Below, one piece after another: positions 55,091 through 64,000 of a stretch of DNA of 64,000 nucleotides (its first letter is position 1; every line of letters starts with the position of its first letter). The position numbers and the translations under genes were made by a program. The stretch comes from Chrysomallon squamiferum (lineage: Eukaryota > Animalia > Mollusca). The notes beneath the pieces were generated by a model. The model was not told where the DNA came from, did not search any database, and saw only the letters and a program-made list of their open reading frames with translations. The DNA lies in contig CM022666.1 in the NCBI GenBank assembly GCA_012295275.1, forward strand, positions 6,572,001 to 6,636,000. The letters run 5' to 3'.

Positions 55091-55900
55091 TGGTTATTGT
55101 TATTTTTATTATTGTTGTGGTTAATGTTGTTGTCGTTGCTGCTGCTGCTGCTGCTAGTAAAAACGCGTAAAAATAACAACATTTTATTATATCACTATTT
55201 AAAAAAAGGAACTGATTTGATTTCATTCGTTTCTTTTATGAATGTTTCGGCGTACCCGAATGGAGCATGTAACACTATTATGTTATTGTTCTTCTGTTTT
55301 TCTTTTTGTTTCATTATCCATAAATAATTAATTTACTTTCACACCTTTATTATTTCCAGTACAATACAACATATACAATACAAATATAATGATACCAGAC
55401 AGCATCGTATCTATCTTTGCTTCTTCTTCTTCTTTTTTTTTTCTTCCCTCCCGTTAACTCAAAGGTTGGGCCTTTTAAAACTGGATTATCGGTTCTCGTA
55501 CCTTCGGCTCGCTTCGCACTTTGAACGGTCTTGACACGATTTGATATTGCTGAGTGAACAAAAACCAGTTTATATTTAGACTTTCGGAGAAGAAACGTGT
55601 TAACGTATTATCAATTATTTAATCACTGAAATGACACGGGTCCCAGGAGGACCGGGATACCAGAGCTGTTTCAGAAATAGGTGAGAGTCTCTCTCTCTCT
55701 CTCTCTGTCTCTGTGTCAGTCGATTTTAGCGGATCTAAGGTGAGATGGCAGGTTGAGAAAACTGCCTTTGGCTTCTGAGGGATAATTAACAAACTGTCAC
55801 CTCCCTCCAGCAAGGTGTGGTTCTTTCCTCGCTCGACTGGTGTTAAATTATAACATGGGCAATTATTATTTTTAATTTTTTTTTTTTATCTTATCCGTTC

Positions 55901-56001
<101 letters not shown>

Positions 56002-56371
56002 ACGAACACATAGCCACATGCACTCATCAGTTATTCACATACTAATTAGTAAAACGTATAATATTACCGAGATAAACAACCTCACCTTGCCCTGCCCATA
56101 ATTCATCATGCCTGAATAATTAAAACATTAATATATATATATGTCTCAGCTTGACTCAAGAGTATTAGGAAATCAGATCTTGTTACTCTTATTACGAAAC
56201 AGCTAATATCTGCATAATTAGAAATAATATCTATACTTTACATAGGAAAAAAAATTATATTAACAGAAAACACTCTGACATATACTGTAAATAAATGAAC
56301 GTATGTACGTATGTATGTGTAATTAAGATTGTATGTACAAGTGCATCCATGTGTATGTATGTGTGTGTGTC

Positions 56372-56404
<33 letters not shown>

Positions 56405-56752
56405 GAGTGAGTGTGTATAAATATGAGTACGCACGTTTGTATGCATAACTGTATGTTTGTAAACAGGCCTCTATATGTGTGTATTACAGTTTAATATGTT
56501 TATGGCAGTAAGTAGTTGTTTTTGGAATCCAGTTTAAAACTCTGTGTAAAACAAATAATATTTTAAATTTATTGTAAACGTCAGCTTCATTGTCGTCGTT
56601 GCTGGTTTTGTTTAACGCTTCACCGTGGATTTACTGGTTTTTGAATTGCTCTGACATCTTAGCAAGCCATGCAGAATACTGCTATTCATTATATCTACAT
56701 TTCTGTGAAGATCATTATTATAATTTCAAATTATTATTTTTTTTAAGAATTC

Positions 56753-56790
<38 letters not shown>

Positions 56791-57201
56791 ACAGATTTAA
56801 AGAAAAAGAAAATGTAGAAACGAAAGAATTAGTTTTTTTTTTTTTTTTGCAAATTTCTCGTTGGAAATGATTTCGGCAAACACTAGAAAGAGCGCAAAAG
56901 GAGTTTTTTTTATTCCCGGCCTTTTATAAACCTCTGACACACACGGATTGACAGGTAATCTCCCATGTTTATTTAGAACATACCTGTATTCAGTCCCGGC
57001 CATTATCAATACAGAATTAGATCTTTAAATAGTCGAAGAAAAAGAAGTGGTACACATTCGTTCACTTCTTTCAAAGTGGCCCGGCACCAACCCGCTATTG
57101 AGCGCCACTCGACAAGGCACTGGTACAGTGTCGCCATTTTGAAGTACTCTAACAAGCGCTAATTGAAAAGAGAGTAAAGTTTAGTGAACTAGTTTATTCC
57201 A

Positions 57202-57262
<61 letters not shown>

Positions 57263-57265
57263 TGA

Positions 57266-57331
<66 letters not shown>

Positions 57332-57523
57332 TGTTAACTTTTGCGTTTTGCGTTTTGCCTGTTTATCCGTTTGGCCACCTGTGCAAATTGTGAATTAAGT
57401 ATTTAATAGATTTACGTGTATAATTTGCAAAATGTATAATGATAATTATTGTATCTTACTGTTCCTATTTCGTTAAGAATAAATAGCCTAATACATAATA
57501 CATACATACATACATACATACAT

Positions 57524-57566
<43 letters not shown>

Positions 57567-58028
57567 TATATGCATACATACATACATACACACATACATA
57601 CATATATGCATTCATACATACAAACATACCATTTTATGTATTATATTTGTGTATGTATGCTCTCACACACACACCAACAGATGTAAAACTGCACACACTT
57701 ATATATAAGATAATAACAAGTTACAAATGATAACGTAAAACCGATAATTCAACACCGTCAGCGTCATCCTCATCAGTATAACAGAGAGTGCCATCTACAG
57801 ATTCCGAACTGAAAGGTTAAAACAAACACCGTTTTCTCTAAATTACCCTGAGACACGTCATCAACGGCAACGCTGACGACACTGGCACAATTACAGATGC
57901 TATGCCTAGAGGCGACGTCGATGGTGTTGTAATTTGACACAATCATTCATAATTAATGATATAATTAACATCGCTTCGGCGGCGATTTTCCAAAGAGCTG
58001 TTGCAAATAGAAAATGTTCTCGTGAGTT

Positions 58029-58082
58029 TGATTTTTACATAAGTAGACATGATATATATAATGTCTACTCATGTAAAAATCA
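58029..58082. repeat. Near-perfect inverted repeat (22-bp stem, 10-nt loop)
   Basis: TGATTTTTACATAAGTAGACAT-gatatatata-ATGTCTACTCATGTAAAAATCA, one mismatch. Confidence 0.92.
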
Positions 58083-58124
58083 TAAATATATATTTAGACT
58101 GATATAGAGTGATATACCATAATC

Positions 58125-58162
<38 letters not shown>

Positions 58163-58256
58163 CTATTATTTTCGCCCATTGCTTGGATACGATACTATTT
58201 AGATTTTTAAAATAATATACAACAACTCACACAGCCACACACATACCATATATATA

Positions 58257-58351
<95 letters not shown>

Positions 58352-59005
58352 TTTGTCTGTGTGAAGATACTCAAATGTTAATAATGGAAAAGTCCAAGAT
58401 AGAATTATAAAGAGAAAAACAAAAACGAAAATAAGTCTACTTTGAAAAACAGCTCTATTTTTCGGCCCAAAACGTGACATCCGAACAAAACATGTAACGC
58501 GAGATAACGTCAAAAGATCAAAATATTAAAAGATTTAACGCATTCTGTGTTTATTTCATATAAACCTAACACCACTGCCTATATGCACCTGTTATTTAGA
58601 CACCTATTTTTGTTTGTTAATGTGTTGTTACGCTCATACCACGTTCCCACTCTGACAACGTGTTGACGTTATCCATATTGCTCACGTAGAAACAAAATGG
58701 TGAAATCAAGGCTGTCGATTCTCGTTAATACTAATCTAAGCTCTGATTTAAACCTAAGCAAGTGCGATTATCTTTATCCGATGGTTTAAGACCGGGCGTT
58801 CCGAGCGGTGAGTAACCGAAGTGGTTATCGTGGATGTGGTGGTAGTGGTAGTAGTAGTAGTAGTAGAAATAGTAGAAGTAGTAGTAGTAGAGATGATGTT
58901 GATAGGAGTATGTGTTGTAATGGTTAACGAAGTAGTAGTAGTAACAATAGCAGTTGGTATAGTTGTAACAGTAGTAGGTGTTGATGTTTATGAAAGGAAG
59001 ATAAT

Positions 59006-59069
<64 letters not shown>

Positions 59070-59094
59070 ATCTCACTCCATCTTTTTTCTGCTT

Positions 59095-59124
59095 GGGTGT
59101 CGTTAAACATTCATTCATTCATTC
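59095..59124 (+). mobile_element. SINE 3' tail remnant
   Basis: GGGTGTCGTTAAA followed by (CATT)n resembles gastropod SINE tails as I recall them; not verified by search. Confidence 0.4.
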
Positions 59125-60505
59125 TTTTTATCCACCCCTTTTTCCCTCAATTCTTTCTTTCTCTCTAACACATGGCTGTAACACAATAACGTAATAATGA
59201 TAATAACTGAACAACATTATCCTTAACCGCCACCTTTTTTTTTTTTGTTTGTTTTCTTCTCTTTTACCCTTTTACTGTTTTTTTTTTTTTTTTTTTTTAT
59301 TTATGCAATACCATAACAATAATCGTTTATCTAAATCGCCTTACCTGTAATCCCAGAACGGATAAGTTTTCTGACATCCACTGGCTTTTTTCTGGCCGTA
59401 ATTCCTTTGCAGGTAAGTTTCCATTTTCACGGTGTAAGGTAAGCGTCTTTTATCGCGAAGTTTACGGTTTAATCCTTGGTCGTCAGACTCGGTTTTGACA
59501 ACCCAACGAAGACTGACATAAATTAGATATTTGATGTCGAAACGTTTATGGCTGAAATTGCTATCCTTGAAGCCAGTAAGAAAAACAGAAATAAACAAAT
59601 GTCGTAGTTTATCCAGAGAACACAATTTTTTTCATCATTCTTTTTTTTTTTTTTTTTTTTTTTAATTATGTATTCAACCACATCTAGCAGAATTATAAAA
59701 TACTTGAAAGTATCCTTATGAGGTATTCTTGTTACTGTTGGTGCCAGAATCTAATACTGTCTGTTTCAGTAAAACACAAAAAAAAAAAAAAAAAAAAAAA
59801 ATCTTGACTTTAAGATTTTCTTCTTCCTTCTCTTATATATTTCTGTTTTAGACAAATGTCACGAGATTTAACGAATTAAAAATTCACCTACGATTTCCAC
59901 CTGCATAATATAAATGTTAATCCATATATATATCTGTTTATAAGTGTAATCTCAGCCCATTCGGAATTGAGAGTATTATATACACACAGTAGTTTTTACA
60001 GACTGCCAAATGTCTTTACCACCAGTTTCATACCCGTACACTACTTCTGTCACAATAAATTTCCAGATATGTAAGAACGAAAATAAATAACAGTATCCGA
60101 ACTCGTAAATCCACAGTAATTATACAGAATGACTGTTCCAACACCTTTTTGCGTAACTAATGTCAAACCCCTCCGAGAGAGAACAATTTCTTGTGTACTA
60201 GGCTAGGTCCAATAAGCGACGGTTTATACCACTGAAATGTCCAATAGCGAAGTTGTACACACTGGAAAAAGTTGTAGCGTATCGCCGCGTTTTTGTCGTC
60301 TGCTCTGTCACAGTTGTATTTCACCTGTGGCGGTTATTGACGAAGAGTAACCCGAATACTACGTCACGAAATAATCGATAACGGTTTAGCGAGCGGGCCA
60401 AGGGCAGCTACTCCGCGTGTGAATTGTTCTTCACAGTTCCATGCGTAAAAGTGAAAACAAAAAGGACCTGTTCTAGAACTGACGTTTTGCTATTGTAGAC
60501 ACTGT

Positions 60506-60569
<64 letters not shown>

Positions 60570-60570
60570 T

Positions 60571-60621
<51 letters not shown>

Positions 60622-60728
60622 TGCTTGTTTTTAAATTATTTTATGTGTACTGTGATTTGTTTATAGATGTTTGTGCATATCTGTTTCTGTTTTGTTTTGG
60701 TACTGCATATCCAAAATATTAGAAGACT

Positions 60729-60806
<78 letters not shown>

Positions 60807-61681
60807 TAAATAATATGTACTAAGATATGCAGACACTTGAAACATTTTTCACATGGAATGAAAATGTAATTTTCAAACATTAGATAAAACAGTTCTCCAG
60901 TTATAAATTAGTATCTATTATTATTTTTTATTGACATTTCTTCTTCTTCTTCTTCTTCTTCTTCTTCTTCTGCCTTCTTCTTCTTCTCCTTCTTCATTTT
61001 CTTCATTACTGATATCTTCTTTACAAATATTACAATGTATACGAAGCGTAGTCTTTATCTAGTTCGGTAATGAATAATTCTATAGCGACAGGGTTGCCCA
61101 CCCTTGAAGAAAGAGGCCACCAGTAACAACTAAAAAAAAAAACCCACTTGACTGATTTCATTTAAACAACGATTAAAAAACCCCAGTATAAACAAAAGTA
61201 ATTACTCAAAGACGTCGATTAATTGTCGGCCATAATTAATAAAGACTTCAGACAGTTAATGGCGTGAGAATATTAATCCGACAAAGAAATGAGTATACAT
61301 CTAATCTTGACCCAGACAAGTGGTGTGGAGGGATAATAACTTGTAGCCCCGGGGTGTCTAGTTACACTGCTTGGTTGAGAAGTACAGAACGGCGGGTGTC
61401 CTCCTGTGTTTTCGGCTAATACGGATTAGTTTGGCGTTATTAACGGTTATCTGGCAGACAGAGATAATATTCCGATGTGTGTGCAGACGAGATTTCGGCT
61501 GAATTGATAAACTGGGCGGAATCTTCAGTTTTGTTTCCAGTTGTTCTCTGTTTAGTTGTGTCATGTTGTCTGAAATGTATGTTTGTTTACGAGTCTGAAG
61601 TTTTAAAGTATATATGTGATAAAAATTTTATTAACTTTCTTAATTTAATCTCAATTTTTCTATATTCTGTATTCGTAATTT

Positions 61682-61808
<127 letters not shown>

Positions 61809-62159
61809 CGTGTAAATTAGCAACGACAACAAAACAAATTTACATGTAAATTAGTTAATGGACTACAGATATGTTGGAAAAGAATCAAAAGTATTTGCAT
61901 GTTAATCAATTAATGAAGTATTCATAACATAAAACAAATAAATTATGTTCCATTATAACTCAAATTTGGGGGTTTTTTTTGTTTTGTTGTTGTTGTTTGT
62001 TTTTGATTTTGTTTGTTTGTTTTTTTTTTTTTTTTTTTTTTTTTTGTTTTTGATTTTGTTTGTTTGTTTTTTGTTTTTTTTATAACTTTTTTTAAAGAAA
62101 GTAACATCCGTTTCTCCGAAAGTAAAAAACCCAACAAAAACAACCTCTATCTTAGTTTG

Positions 62160-62455
62160 AGAACTCTCTCCAACAGAGTATTAGATCAAATCTCCTCAGT
62201 GGTGGTAACGAGGCTTTCCACTTTCCAACCTGTGCTTCCCGCTTGATTTATAAAAGACTGTAATACTGTCATACTGACTATGGGAAGGTGTGTATTAAAA
62301 AAATAATGCTGCTAACTGATAAGAGTAGATCTTTAGAACAGTGACTTCGAGTCCTTTCTCTGACTTGTCTGTGTTTTATATAAACGTGAGTAAGACACCC
62401 AGTAACTGTTTATAATTAGATACAGTGACGTGTTGTTAAGTAAATAATTCATTAA
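62160..62455 (+). mobile_element. Old degenerate gastropod-type SINE
   Basis: Ordered blocks TTCCAACCTGTGC..TATGGGAAGGTGTGTATTAAAA..TGCTGCTAA..AAGAGTAG..GACACCCAGTAAC..GTGTTGTTAA resemble a common gastropod tRNA-SINE body recalled from memory; needs a Dfam/Repbase check. Confidence 0.5.
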
Positions 62456-62748
62456 CGTATTCTCCATAAGTCAATAATATTAAATGATTAAAAATTATTT
62501 TAAGAATAAAGAAGAAGAGAAATAAGTATTTCATAATATATGTGATGTAGAAGTATATGGAAATATAAGTAACATAAATTTACCGAATTATGATAATCTT
62601 TCCATGTTATATGATATAAAGCAATGTAATGAAATAATTACGTTAAAATTGTCAAGGGACGCAATTATTTAAATGATAATTTGACTCAGTGTTAAGATGC
62701 ACAGAGTTATTTCCCTTATTGTTTAAACATTATTTCTTTATTTCTTTA

Positions 62749-62825
<77 letters not shown>

Positions 62826-63042
62826 TTCATTCATTTCTTTCAGTAGGATACAAACTGAAATTTATTATATTATACTGAACAGTACTATGCTATACTATAC
62901 TATATAATAAAATATGAAATCATTCTGTATATTATAATACTGTACTGTGGTATGCTATACAATACCATTCTATACTATATAATAAAATATGAACAGAATT
63001 CTGAGGATTTAGAATGGTATGGCATTCATAAAAAAAATATAT

Positions 63043-63136
<94 letters not shown>

Positions 63137-63932
63137 TAGTATCTATATCTATACATCTATTCATGAAGATGATGAAAAAGATTTGATATACTATTAAATA
63201 GACTTAGTGTAATTTACAATGAACATGGATAAATGCATTTGAATCTTAAACCTAAAATATTGTTCTAGCAACATTATACAAGTTATAATATCAGTGTACC
63301 AGAATAACCCTAACCATTGTCTTGTTTGCCAGCATGGAGTTCTCATGCTAGTAGTCCAGAATTTTCCTTGATGATATAATTTTGTCCAGTGGTCTCCCAG
63401 GAATAATACTGAGAATGTTAGCTGTAACAAAGGCAGCCATTTTTCAAAATGGTGTCCATAAAATCTTTATTTGGATGACATTTTACTACTTCAAATAAAT
63501 TTATTCATAGCAGCACAGACGATTTGATGGTATGTTTTCTTAGAGTATCGTCCTGGGAATATTTTAGGACTGGTGGTACCTCCAAATTATGATATCACTT
63601 AGTAGCTACAGTGATTTGGAGGGAGGGATTTGGAGGGAGGGTGGGTCAAAAACACAATATTATTATTTCACACAAAGAAATAATTAGTTAATAAAATAGT
63701 CTTACATGAGCAATTAAAGTAATTTTAGCAGTTTCTCTGGATTGACAGTTTTGGTGTGTAAAGAATAATGATTTTATGATCATTTTCAAAAATGGCAGCC
63801 ATTGGTTTCTAACAGTGCCAGCCTCTTTCATGTAAATCAGTATATGGATTTCATTTCATTGGCTATTCCTAATAAAAACAAGTTTTTGTATAATAATAAT
63901 ACAAATAACAGTAATAATAATAATAATAAGAA

Positions 63933-63963
<31 letters not shown>

Positions 63964-64000
63964 AAGAAGAAATAAATTAAAATTTGATACAAAGTGTATT

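Overview
AT-rich, microsatellite-laden animal genomic DNA with GT-AG introns. The proteins and repeat style suggest a mollusc, probably a gastropod (inference). Three protein-coding loci are supportable. (1) A complete 8-exon ATP6AP2 / (pro)renin receptor gene on the minus strand (7309->747, about 383 aa). (2) About 1 kb away, head-to-head on the plus strand, a compact 4-exon gene for a secreted precursor: signal peptide, cationic Trp/Arg-rich 4-Cys peptide, KRKR site, and an acidic pro-domain with two EF-hands. It looks like an undescribed host-defence peptide precursor, but in this sequence it has a frameshift at ~8470-8478 and a GAG splice acceptor. (3) A FAM124-family gene on the minus strand (main exon 14837->13882, probable first coding exon 20434->20410). 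I recognise no protein in 21-64 kb. That stretch holds GC/CpG-richer motif-dense blocks (a CRE/MRE/HRE/HSE promoter-like island at ~30.7-31.1 kb, a triple E-box at 54.8 kb), plus-strand YAG|GTAAG junctions that may be recursive splice points or micro-exon ends, a 22-bp-stem hairpin, a TIR (MITE-like) element, SINE relics and many (GA)n/(AAT)n/(CA)n tracts. All calls were made by eye; no searches were run.
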